NCBI GenBank assembly: GCA_030754395.1
Contig: JASMAJ010000001.1
Coordinates: 1 to 35,947 of the forward strand
Direction of reading: 5' to 3'
Length of the DNA stretch: 35,947 nt
Source of the DNA: Candidatus Thalassarchaeaceae archaeon
Lineage (GTDB): Archaea > Thermoplasmatota > Poseidoniia > Poseidoniales > Thalassarchaeaceae
Shown piece after piece: positions 16,830-25,766 of the stretch. Positions within the stretch are counted from its first letter, which is position 1; each line of letters starts with the position of its first letter. The notes under the pieces were generated by a model. That model ran no database searches. It saw only the letters and a list, made by a program, of their open reading frames with translations, and was not told the origin of the DNA. The position numbers and the translations under genes were made by a program.

Positions 16830-19800
16830 TTATTCTTCTTCACCTAGTGATTTAGATACTGCAGTTGCTGTGACTAGAAGTGGTGGTTCATTCTCAATAG
16901 ATTCAGTTACAACCGTAGCGTTAACCAAGAGAGGTTCCTCCTTTTCATCCTGATATTGTGAAAGATAACTCAAGTCTGGTGCTGAAGGTAATTCTACAGA
17001 ACGATGTTCAGGTGATTCCCCTCTAGGCCTATGGTCGATTTGGAATTCGCTATATGCATCGGTAATTTTCTGATTTAGATTTATTCTATGCGCCCCATAT
17101 GCAACTCCACCAACAATAGTCAGAATCAGAATTAGTATGAAAATAATTCCTATTGTTGAAGCAAAAAATGACAGTAATGAGTCGATAAAGGTAGGTGGTT
17201 CGACATAAACCTCAACCTCAATTTCCCATTGGAATTTAGTTTCTATTCCTGAATCAATTAGGGTTGCATTAATTTGTCGTATTCCATCGCCATCTCGACA
17301 AAGAATTATTGCTAATTCCCAATTTCTGTTTTCACAATCAATAATTTGGATATGTAGGCGCATTCCATCATTAGTTACATTATCTGAAAGATTTACTCCT
17401 TCCATCTCCCAGATTATTTTTTCATCTATTTCACTAGGAATTCCATCTAAATTTATTGAAAAAGAACGATTAACAGCATCCCAAACACCGGATGAAATGA
17501 TTTGACTGATAGAAGATTTTCTATTCAATTTATCCTCATCATCAACGATGTTATTGCAGTCATCATCTAAACCATTCCAAATTTCTTGAACATCTGGATT
17601 AATCGTTGCATCCAAATCCTGACAGTCCTCAAAAGCAAAAAATCCATCCTCATCACGATCGAAGTCGTAGACTAAAGGATTTGACTTTGAAGTCTTAATC
17701 TCAAATCCATCTTCTAGTCCATCTTCATCCGAGTCGATGTTATAGGGATTAGTTGAATAATTGTGATATTCTTCATAATCAGATAGTCCGTCCTGATCAG
17801 TGTCAATCTCATAGAAATCCTCATCTATAATTTCATCACAATCATTGTCCTTCCCATCTAGTTCTTCTGTTCCAAATGGTTTTCTCTCATCATCATCATC
17901 GTCACAATCATTGAACCAATAGACTCCATCTCCATCATTATCTGGATCGAAGACAAGTGGGTTTGATGAGATTTCTAACTCGTAACCATCAGGTAATCCA
18001 TCATTATCGGTATCGCCATCATATGGATTAGTGCTCAAATTATGATATTCGTTGTAATCATCCAGTCCATCGAAATCAGTATCAAGAATCCAAAGATTCT
18101 GATCTATAATCAAGTCGCAGTCATTATCAATTCCATCCAGTAATTCGGGTAGGCTCGGATTTCTATATTCATCATTATCATCACAATCTAGGAACCAATG
18201 GTATCCATCGGAGTCGGCGTCCACGTCGTAAATTAGTGGATTCGATCCATGTACGAGAACCTCATCTCCATCAGTTAGTCCATCATCATCGGTATCATCA
18301 TCCAGATATTCGGTTCCGTGAATATGAAATTCTGGCCAATCCTTCAGTCCATCATTATCTCGATCAGTAAAGTTGTAACCCTCATCAATGATTAAATCAC
18401 AATTGTTGTCAATTCCATCAAGAGCTTCGTAAGCACCAGGATTGACTATTGGATTATTGTCGTTACAGTCTTGGAAATGGTAGAACAAATCGTTGTCAGC
18501 GTCAGGATCGTAAACCAAGGGGTCACTGCCCCAAACATTTACTTCAACACCATCAGTTAGTCCATCAGAGTCAGAGTCCTCATTCCAAGGGTCAGTTCCA
18601 ACAACATTGACTTCTATTCCATCAGATAGTCCATCACCATCAGAGTCAGGAATTAGTGGATCTGTAAAGTAAATCATAACTTCTTCATAATCAGATAGTC
18701 CATCACCATCAGTATCCGCAAGGTAGGGGTTAGTCCCCCAAACCTTTGTCTCATTATAGTCACTTAGTCCATCATCATCATGATCGAAGTCTTCATCAAC
18801 CCCATGGAATATTATTTGCCAATAATTCAATGTTCCACTGTCTCCAGAACTAGCATCACGAATCTTCAGAACCCATTCACCAAGACTGGCTTCACCCCAG
18901 TGATGTACTGTATTGAATAACCAATCATTGTAATTATTGCCATTATCGGAATGTTGTTCGGCCAACCAAGATACTGTTCCATCAGGTGATTCTAATATGA
19001 TTTCAAGATCACCGCGAGAACTATGGTCAATGTCTACAATTACATCAACACTTTCGATTAGCAAAGTTTGTGTCATATTTACAGTGAATTCACTCCAATT
19101 TGAAGAACCCAAATCCGGAATTCCTAGGTTCTCGGAATATGGTCCATATGTCTGATTTACTTCAGTTCCTAGACTTGTCCAGTTCTCTGCTAATGTCACC
19201 GCTGCTCCTGCATCTACAGCCCCAAATCCATACTTATGTGATACATCATATCCTGCTCCATTTGTCTCCCATGAACTATCTGTGGGGTCATTCATTCGAG
19301 AGGATTGAACTAATATTTCTTGCACATCACGCCAACTTAGATTTTCGTTTGCATCATACATTAGAGCGATTACTCCTGCAGCTAATGGGGTTGCACTAGA
19401 CGTTCCTCCAAAGTCATGGGTGACATTTCCGCTACCATTGTATCCTCCACTGCCGGTGATATCAGTAGTAGTGATTCCTTCACCATCTCCTTCAGAATGC
19501 GCGGCGACCAATATATTTGCTCCCGGCTCTGCATACCATGATTGCTCTCCATTATGGTCTATGGCTGTGACTGCAATAGTGAATCTGCTGTTCGCGTATC
19601 CATCATAGTTTGCATTATCATTTCCAGTAAGTCCATTTCCTGCTGCCCAAGTAATGGTATTTCCCAATCCTTGTCTTCCGAAGTAGGCATCTGACTCGAA
19701 AGCAGCAAGAGTCAGCGGTCCTGGTGCTTCTAGTACCTGACCATTATCTGAGGGGCCCCATGAATTTGTGTAGATGTCAATATCATTTTGATAGAAGCTC

Positions 19801-20606
19801 AAGGCATCAGACTCAAGACTATCACTAGTACCACAGGCAATCAAAGTCGAGCCAGCGATTGTTGCTTCCCAAGCTGCCCCAGAGACGTAGAGAGAATTGT
19901 TTCCAACTGCAGCAGCAACACCAGCAACAGCAGTTCCATGCTCATCCCAACTGTTTGGAGTTGGGTCTGGGTCATCATTGCACCAATCGTATGAAAATGT
20001 GCTATTGTAATGAGGAGAAATGTCAACATGTGAATGGTCAAGGCCATCATCAACTACACTGATTACTACTTCTTGACCACGATAATTATCCCAAATATCG
20101 GTTGCATTGATATCTTCACCTGATAATCCTCCAGTTTGCCCAGTGTTCTCCAAATGCCACTGTGAAGCGAACTCTGGGTCATTTGGATTATCACGTGTCT
20201 GAAGTGTTTGAGAAACAACTAACGGAGAAAATGATTCAATCTGTCCTGCTACGAGCGCTTCTTGGAGTTTCGGAATGGCCTCTAAAGGGTCATTGAAATG
20301 CCAAATATAGGAATTAGGCAATAATGAAACTTCTTTGATAGATTTAGGACTTGGAATTGTCCAAACTTGTTTTTTCTCAGGTACTTGAGTAACAACTAAC
20401 CATTCTTTTGTAATTTCTAACTCATCTTGAGAATACTGATTGAGATTTTCTACTCTTGCAAATGCTGCTTGTACTGATTCGGAGTATGTTGGGATAATGT
20501 CTTCTCCATTAATTTCGAGGTCGATTTTTATATTCTGACCATCAGAAATGGCGATGACTGTAGGACTGATTATGACTAGCATCAGCAACGCAGCAACTGC
20601 ACGCAT
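16830..20606 (-). CDS. Membrane-anchored kexin/furin-like S8B serine protease with P-domain and Ca-binding repeat stalk
   Basis: Signal peptide MRAVAALLMLVIISPTVIA. Triad VVDDG / EHGTAVAG / GGTSSA, oxyanion AAGNG, HKYGFG, and P-domain (IDHSSRGDLEIILESPDGT...HWGE...GEWVLKIRD). It carries 10 DxDxDGLxDxxE and 4 DCxD...DGxDNxCD repeats, then a C-terminal TM helix. Confidence 0.9.
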   Translation of the reverse strand: MRAVAALLMLVIISPTVIAISDGQNIKIDLEINGEDIIPTYSESVQAAFARVENLNQYSQDELEITKEWLVVTQVPEKKQVWTIPSPKSIKEVSLLPNSYIWHFNDPLEAIPKLQEALVAGQIESFSPLVVSQTLQTRDNPNDPEFASQWHLENTGQTGGLSGEDINATDIWDNYRGQEVVISVVDDGLDHSHVDISPHYNSTFSYDWCNDDPDPTPNSWDEHGTAVAGVAAAVGNNSLYVSGAAWEATIAGSTLIACGTSDSLESDALSFYQNDIDIYTNSWGPSDNGQVLEAPGPLTLAAFESDAYFGRQGLGNTITWAAGNGLTGNDNANYDGYANSRFTIAVTAIDHNGEQSWYAEPGANILVAAHSEGDGEGITTTDITGSGGYNGSGNVTHDFGGTSSATPLAAGVIALMYDANENLSWRDVQEILVQSSRMNDPTDSSWETNGAGYDVSHKYGFGAVDAGAAVTLAENWTSLGTEVNQTYGPYSENLGIPDLGSSNWSEFTVNMTQTLLIESVDVIVDIDHSSRGDLEIILESPDGTVSWLAEQHSDNGNNYNDWLFNTVHHWGEASLGEWVLKIRDASSGDSGTLNYWQIIFHGVDEDFDHDDDGLSDYNETKVWGTNPYLADTDGDGLSDYEEVMIYFTDPLIPDSDGDGLSDGIEVNVVGTDPWNEDSDSDGLTDGVEVNVWGSDPLVYDPDADNDLFYHFQDCNDNNPIVNPGAYEALDGIDNNCDLIIDEGYNFTDRDNDGLKDWPEFHIHGTEYLDDDTDDDGLTDGDEVLVHGSNPLIYDVDADSDGYHWFLDCDDNDEYRNPSLPELLDGIDNDCDLIIDQNLWILDTDFDGLDDYNEYHNLSTNPYDGDTDNDGLPDGYELEISSNPLVFDPDNDGDGVYWFNDCDDDDDERKPFGTEELDGKDNDCDEIIDEDFYEIDTDQDGLSDYEEYHNYSTNPYNIDSDEDGLEDGFEIKTSKSNPLVYDFDRDEDGFFAFEDCQDLDATINPDVQEIWNGLDDDCNNIVDDEDKLNRKSSISQIISSGVWDAVNRSFSINLDGIPSEIDEKIIWEMEGVNLSDNVTNDGMRLHIQIIDCENRNWELAIILCRDGDGIRQINATLIDSGIETKFQWEIEVEVYVEPPTFIDSLLSFFASTIGIIFILILILTIVGGVAYGAHRINLNQKITDAYSEFQIDHRPRGESPEHRSVELPSAPDLSYLSQYQDEKEEPLLVNATVVTESIENEPPLLVTATAVSKSLGEEE
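17530..18790 (-). repeat. Coding tandem repeats in the protease stalk (TSP3-like DxDxDGL units interleaved with MopE-like metal-binding motifs)
   Basis: ~23-aa (69-nt) units; for example the identical 23-mer ATCAGATAGTCCATCACCATCAG occurs at 18621 and 18690. Boundaries are approximate. Confidence 0.85.
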
Positions 20607-20674
20607 AAGCAAGGGTCGAACATATTGGGGTTTTAGCCGTTCCCAACGAGTGAGTGCGTCCCGCTTCGGGCAAA

Positions 20675-21955
20675 TCAACCTTCATTGAACCCTTTAATCG
20701 CTGCATGAACTTCTTCATCACTCATTAGACGACGCTGTGATTTTGCTACTTCAAACAAGTGAGCTACTAGGTCATCTTCAACATCATATTCGTTTTGTTG
20801 GAGCCACCATATGATGTTTGAGCGCCCACTCATATGACCAATTCTAATGACCTGTTGAAGGCCATAATCTTGTGCAGGAACACCTGAATATACCCTGTCT
20901 GCTAGCCAATGGTCGCCTTTTTTCATCGCCTTTACCACAGCACTTGCATGTACGCCTGTTCCCGTTTCAAACGCATCTTTGCCAAATACTGGATAATTTC
21001 GAGGTAATGCCACTTCGATGTATTCGTGTGCCTTACGCATATAGTCGTTCAAAGCAGTCAAGTCATTTTTTATGACTCCCATCAGTGATAGATTGACTAG
21101 GGTTTGATCAAGAGGGGCATTGCCTGCTCTTTCTCCAACTCCCAAAGCCGTCCCATGAATTACATCAGCTCCCGCTTCAACTGCAGCTAGATTGTTCGCA
21201 ACCCCTAAGCCTCGATCCTGATGACCGTGCCAGTTAACTTCGATATCACGACGTTTGACGCCTGCATCTGGGATAACCTCGTCTTGGATAAATCCTAGAA
21301 GTTTCCTTACACCATTAGGAGTAACATGGCCACAAGTGTCGCAGACACAAATTCGATCAGCACCTAATTCGATAGCTCGGGTGTAGACTTCTTTGATTTC
21401 TTCTGGTTTGCTTCTAGTAGTATCCTCTGTAACGAACATTACTGGAATATCATTGTTTACTGCGAATGAAACTGCCTTTTCTGCAGTCGAGAGAATTCTT
21501 TCCATATTCCAGTCCTCTGCAAATTGTCTGATAGGACTGGTTCCGAGGAAAGCACTAGCCTGTATTTGACGCTCATGCTTAGCTTGAAGGTCAACAAGTG
21601 GTTCGATATCGCTAACAACCGTTCTTACAGCACATCCAGGTCGTAATTCGTAATCATTTTCCCCCATGTGAGTAAGCATGGCATCAATATGAGATACGTG
21701 GAATGGTCCTGCGCCAGGTAGCCCTAAGTCCACCTTTTGAATTCCTAATTTTTCCATGAAATCGATAAGTTCTATTTTCTGTTCAATAGTGGGATTTCGT
21801 GCACTAGGACTCTGTAGTCCATCACGCAGAGTCTCATCATCAAACCATACTTCATGAGGGTGGTTTGATGGCTCTCGCACAATCTCATAATCAATGGTAT
21901 TCCAATCGTAGATGAGTTCGCTCTCCTTCATCCGCTCACCCGCTGCTACGCCCAT
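20675..21955 (-). CDS. LeuA/homocitrate synthase family (DRE-TIM) acetyl-CoA condensing enzyme lacking the C-terminal regulatory domain
   Basis: DETLRDGLQ, EDTTRS, CDTCG, HGHQDRG, GVGERAGN, GVHA and GHMSG; 426 aa. Confidence 0.8.
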   Translation of the reverse strand: MGVAAGERMKESELIYDWNTIDYEIVREPSNHPHEVWFDDETLRDGLQSPSARNPTIEQKIELIDFMEKLGIQKVDLGLPGAGPFHVSHIDAMLTHMGENDYELRPGCAVRTVVSDIEPLVDLQAKHERQIQASAFLGTSPIRQFAEDWNMERILSTAEKAVSFAVNNDIPVMFVTEDTTRSKPEEIKEVYTRAIELGADRICVCDTCGHVTPNGVRKLLGFIQDEVIPDAGVKRRDIEVNWHGHQDRGLGVANNLAAVEAGADVIHGTALGVGERAGNAPLDQTLVNLSLMGVIKNDLTALNDYMRKAHEYIEVALPRNYPVFGKDAFETGTGVHASAVVKAMKKGDHWLADRVYSGVPAQDYGLQQVIRIGHMSGRSNIIWWLQQNEYDVEDDLVAHLFEVAKSQRRLMSDEEVHAAIKGFNEG

Positions 21956-21991
21956 CGAACAGACCAGCCTGTGTTTGAAGCATTCGGGGTT

Positions 21992-23107
21992 TCATGCTGA
22001 GTTAGCCTTGCGATTAACGCGTGAACGTAACTCATACCTGATTATGAATGCAAGAGAAATGATAGCACCAATAATTCCTCCGTAAAGACCGAAACTAGCA
22101 GTTACTACAATTACGAACATTACCGCGAGATAATACATTGAGACAAAGAAAGAATTTGTTGCACTAGGTATCCTTCCTTCGGGTCCTTGAGGTTCATTTG
22201 GATCAATAATGAAAACTGTTCTCGTGTACCATAGTGATACAATTACAGCGTTCCATCCGAAGATGTGATACAATTCATCACCAAAATCTATTCCACCTAG
22301 TGTTATTGGCGCTGCTAATGAGAGTAAGACTAGAAGAATGGCATAAAATTTCATTTCAATTAATGTTCTTTGAGCACCTTTGACACCTGGCATCATAGGA
22401 ACTCCCACTTTCTCATATTCTTCTGAACGATAAAGTGCAAGTGCCCAGAAGTGGGGGGGTGTCCAAAGAAAAATTAGCAGAAACATGAACCAAGGCATCA
22501 GGCTTCCTAAATCGGTAATCGAAGTAATAAATGATTGAACTGATTCTATTTCTATTGAGAGTTCTCCAACTGCAGTAGCCCAACCAATTACTGGTGGTGT
22601 AGCACCTGCAATTCCGCCGATGACAATATTTTGGGTAGAAGTTCGTTTCAGCCAGATGGTGTATATCAGAACATAGAATAGTATGCTGAATGCAGCCCAA
22701 AAGGCAGCAACGGCGTTTGCCATTACAATGAACCAATATGTTCCAATTATGGAAATAAAGATCCCAAATGTCAATGCCCCATTTGCCGTCACGGCTCCTG
22801 ATGGAATCGGTCTATTGGAAGTTCGAGCCATTATTGGGTCGATATCTCGATCGTACCACATATTGATTGCATTCGCCCCTCCTGCTGTTAGGTATCCTCC
22901 AACAAAGACGACCATCATTGTCTCAATAGTTGCTAACCAGTCCATTTCATTGGAGTCTAGTAAATCGTGAGATATTACTGCACATAGTGCAGTAATTTGC
23001 AGTAGGACAACGACACCTGGTTTGGTGAGAGCCAGCCAAGCTCGGATTCCAGATACTGGCTCACCCATATCACGCCCTATGGGCGTGAGTCCTTGAATAC
23101 CACTCAT
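21992..23107 (-). CDS. ctaB: Protoheme IX farnesyltransferase (heme O synthase)
   Basis: LTKP, NMWYDRDIDPIMARTSNRPIPSG, YTIWLKR, NIVIGGIAGATPP, LWTPPHFWALAL and EYEKVGVPM. The start overlaps the ctaA stop (ATGA). Confidence 0.93.
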   Translation of the reverse strand: MSGIQGLTPIGRDMGEPVSGIRAWLALTKPGVVVLLQITALCAVISHDLLDSNEMDWLATIETMMVVFVGGYLTAGGANAINMWYDRDIDPIMARTSNRPIPSGAVTANGALTFGIFISIIGTYWFIVMANAVAAFWAAFSILFYVLIYTIWLKRTSTQNIVIGGIAGATPPVIGWATAVGELSIEIESVQSFITSITDLGSLMPWFMFLLIFLWTPPHFWALALYRSEEYEKVGVPMMPGVKGAQRTLIEMKFYAILLVLLSLAAPITLGGIDFGDELYHIFGWNAVIVSLWYTRTVFIIDPNEPQGPEGRIPSATNSFFVSMYYLAVMFVIVVTASFGLYGGIIGAIISLAFIIRYELRSRVNRKANSA

Positions 23108-24162
23108 TCAAGAGTTTCAACATTTGTATCATACAGGGTGCCAACCGAAGTCGAAAGCCAAACAGTTGCTAGGACGAGGAATGTTAGTGATGCAAGTAGC
23201 AGATGTAAGAGAGAAAGCCATTCCTCAAATCCCGAATCAGCAGTCCACGAGAATATGTAAAATGCTCCAACAACGACATTTAGCAGGAAAAGACCAGTTG
23301 CAGTCCATATCCAGTTTCGGAGGATTTGGCCATGTTGATGCTGATCTTGCTCTTTCATTACTACCCAAGCAGCAGCAAGAAGAGCAATTTCAACTATTAC
23401 GACGATCCACCTATGGATAATCTGAGATTGGTTCTCAAGATTTTCTATCGTGTTAAACAATTTACCATGACACAATGGCCACGAATCAAATCCATTTACT
23501 CCACAACCCGTATTTGCTCCAGGTGTTGTGGCAACAAAAACTCCTGCAAATAGTGCAATGAAGGAGCCAAATCCTAACCATGCAATTCTGTTTTTCCATC
23601 TAGTAGCTAAAATAGGGTCAAATTCAATCCATTTGGGAGTTTCATGTGTATCGCGAGAAATACAGAGCCAGAGCCAGATTAGTGATAGCTCGAAGGCTAG
23701 AGCGCTGGCTAAATGTAGTGCAACACTCCAATGTTCATTATCCATTTCAACAGTAAACCAACCGATTAGACCCTGCCAAACAATTAGTGCTACAGAAACG
23801 GCTGCTGCTAATTTAGTTGCAGAATTTGATTCATCGTTGCGCCCCACAAGAAACCAATTCAACAATACTAGAGGTCCGAGAATAACTCCTGCGATAAGTC
23901 TGTGAACCCATTCTGTGAATATTTGGAAAGTTGTATATCTGTGATGTTCACCACGTGAATCAATTTCGTCAGGGTTTTCGTCCCACCAAATTTCCTGCTC
24001 TTCAGGGCTTACATCAAAGGACCAACTGCCAAAGCAGGTTGGCCAATCAGGACAAGATTCACCAGCATCATAGATTCTAATCACTCCACCAATTGCAATC
24101 ACTAGAAATGTGACAGCAATTAGGCCAGCGGTCAGAGTTTTAGTTGAAATTCGGTCCAGCAT
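23104..24162 (-). CDS. ctaA: Heme A synthase (COX15/CtaA family)
   Basis: GGVIRIYDAGESCPDWPTC, EWVHR, QGLIG, VALHL, a second Cys loop (GC...WPLC), IIHR and LLH; multiple TM helices. Confidence 0.9.
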   Translation of the reverse strand: MLDRISTKTLTAGLIAVTFLVIAIGGVIRIYDAGESCPDWPTCFGSWSFDVSPEEQEIWWDENPDEIDSRGEHHRYTTFQIFTEWVHRLIAGVILGPLVLLNWFLVGRNDESNSATKLAAAVSVALIVWQGLIGWFTVEMDNEHWSVALHLASALAFELSLIWLWLCISRDTHETPKWIEFDPILATRWKNRIAWLGFGSFIALFAGVFVATTPGANTGCGVNGFDSWPLCHGKLFNTIENLENQSQIIHRWIVVIVEIALLAAAWVVMKEQDQHQHGQILRNWIWTATGLFLLNVVVGAFYIFSWTADSGFEEWLSLLHLLLASLTFLVLATVWLSTSVGTLYDTNVETLE

Positions 24163-24185
24163 GAGTCATTCTCCACTGCTGATTA

Positions 24186-24202
24186 GTACCACGATGTGGT
24201 AC
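24186..24202 (-). terminator. Short hairpin after the rpoK stop
   Basis: GTACCAC-GAT-GTGGTAC (plus-strand reading), 7 nt downstream of the stop. Confidence 0.35.
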
Positions 24203-24209
24203 AGAATTT

Positions 24210-24470
24210 TCATTCCTCCTTAATGTGGGGATCGACATCAATAGGGATACGATGTGACTCGTATTCTAACATGGCAATCTTAAGAGGATCAAGAACGAAG
24301 CGAGCCTTAGCGTCTTCGATACCATACAATTGAACTAGTTCGTTCATGAAGTTCTCCCTGAGTTCTTCCTCAGAGACATAGAGTGGAGCACCCATGCTGA
24401 TTTGTAGTGCTCGTGCTCCGATAATTCGTGCCTTTTCGAATCGAGTGTGCTGTCTTAGAGGCTTAACCAT
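24210..24470 (-). CDS. rpoK: DNA-directed RNA polymerase subunit K (Rpo6)
   Basis: [21 protein letters not shown]...[10 protein letters not shown]...IPI. Confidence 0.95.
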   Translation of the reverse strand: MVKPLRQHTRFEKARIIGARALQISMGAPLYVSEEELRENFMNELVQLYGIEDAKARFVLDPLKIAMLEYESHRIPIDVDPHIKEE

Positions 24471-24517
24471 CGAGGCGGGCGACCGGAGGCCTCCCTATTA
24501 GCCCACCGGCTGGCTTA

Positions 24518-24534
24518 CGCCCCCTATGGGGGCG
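24518..24534 (-). terminator. GC hairpin after the thiolase stop
   Basis: CGCCCCC-TAT-GGGGGCG, 12 nt downstream of the stop on the minus strand. Confidence 0.4.
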
Positions 24535-24546
24535 CTTATTGAAGGA

Positions 24547-25707
24547 TTAATTTCGTTCAATTAGCATACTTACAGCATTTCCGCCACCAAGACATATTGC
24601 GACAATTCCTCTATTTTGACCAGTTCGAATCAGAGTATTGGTCAAGGTCATCAAACAACGTGTTCCTGTGGCACCCAGTGGGTGGCCAACGGCAACAGCA
24701 CCACCATTAGGATTGAATCCTTCATCAGGGAAGTTGAAAGCATTCTGTATGGCACATGAAGCAACTGCAAAGGCTTCATTATGTTCCAAGATATCAATAT
24801 CAGAGATGTCGAGTGAATTACGCTCTAACAGCGACTCAATAGCAGGAATAGGTGCTGACATGACTCTGTGAGGTTCTACTCCAGAAGTTGTAAAATCGAC
24901 GATTTTAGCTAGTATTGGCCAGCCGTTATTTGTAGCAACCTCTAGGGATGCAATTAGTATTGCAGAAGCACCATCAGAAACCTGACTTGCATTACCAGCT
25001 GTAACTTGTCCATCTTCCTTGAATACGGTTCTCAATTCTGCTAACCCTTCTCTCGTGGTATTGGGTCTTATGCCTTCATCTCGGTCTAATTCATCAATCG
25101 AGATGCATTCTTCTGAGAACCAACCTTCATTCCAAGCTTTGTCGGCAAGTGTATGAGATCGCATAGCATATTCATCAGAAACCGCTCTTAAAATTCCAGT
25201 CTCATTGGCTATGGTTTCACCAGTTATTCCCATCATCGCCCCATCATATGCGTCCTTCAGGCCATCGTGACTGAGTACTGAATCAAGGTCAGCATATGAG
25301 ACTTCAACACCCCTTCTAGCACCACGAATGAAGTGTGGAGCATTACTCATAGATTCCATTCCACCTGCAATTACTACATTGGTTCGACCAGCCATAATTT
25401 CTGTTGCTCCTATCATGGTTGCTTTCAGACTGGACCCACAAACCTTGTTGATTGTGGTGCAAGGAGTGGAATATGGCAAGCCAGCCGCTAATGCAACTTG
25501 ACGAGCAGGAGCTTGACCTACTCCTGCTTGTAGAACATTACCCATGTATACTTGGTCAACTATGCCACTAGAGGGGTCAATCTCAACCCTCTCTAAAAGT
25601 CCCTTAACTGCTAATGCACCTAGGTCAGTTGCCGAGTACGAGGAGAGAGCACCACGGAATTTGCCAAAGGGTGTTCTGGCATAAGCGCAGATGACGGCGT
25701 CCGACAC
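24547..25707 (-). CDS. Acetyl-CoA C-acyltransferase (thiolase)
   Basis: ARTPFGKF, GNVLQAGVGQAPARQ, catalytic NKVCGS, AGGMESMS, VTAGNASQVSDGA, NEAFA, GHPLGATG and CLGGG. Confidence 0.95.
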   Translation of the reverse strand: MSDAVICAYARTPFGKFRGALSSYSATDLGALAVKGLLERVEIDPSSGIVDQVYMGNVLQAGVGQAPARQVALAAGLPYSTPCTTINKVCGSSLKATMIGATEIMAGRTNVVIAGGMESMSNAPHFIRGARRGVEVSYADLDSVLSHDGLKDAYDGAMMGITGETIANETGILRAVSDEYAMRSHTLADKAWNEGWFSEECISIDELDRDEGIRPNTTREGLAELRTVFKEDGQVTAGNASQVSDGASAILIASLEVATNNGWPILAKIVDFTTSGVEPHRVMSAPIPAIESLLERNSLDISDIDILEHNEAFAVASCAIQNAFNFPDEGFNPNGGAVAVGHPLGATGTRCLMTLTNTLIRTGQNRGIVAICLGGGNAVSMLIERN

Positions 25708-25766
25708 AAGTGAGGCGAGAGGGGTTGTACCCTTGAATGGTGCGACGAACGCACCGCCGCTATCAC

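Noticed and set aside
18550..18790. Repeats at ~69-nt spacing resembling a CRISPR array
   Set aside because: They are in-frame codons for DxDxDGLxD protein repeats within the protease. They are degenerate at third positions, and there are no cas genes or leader.
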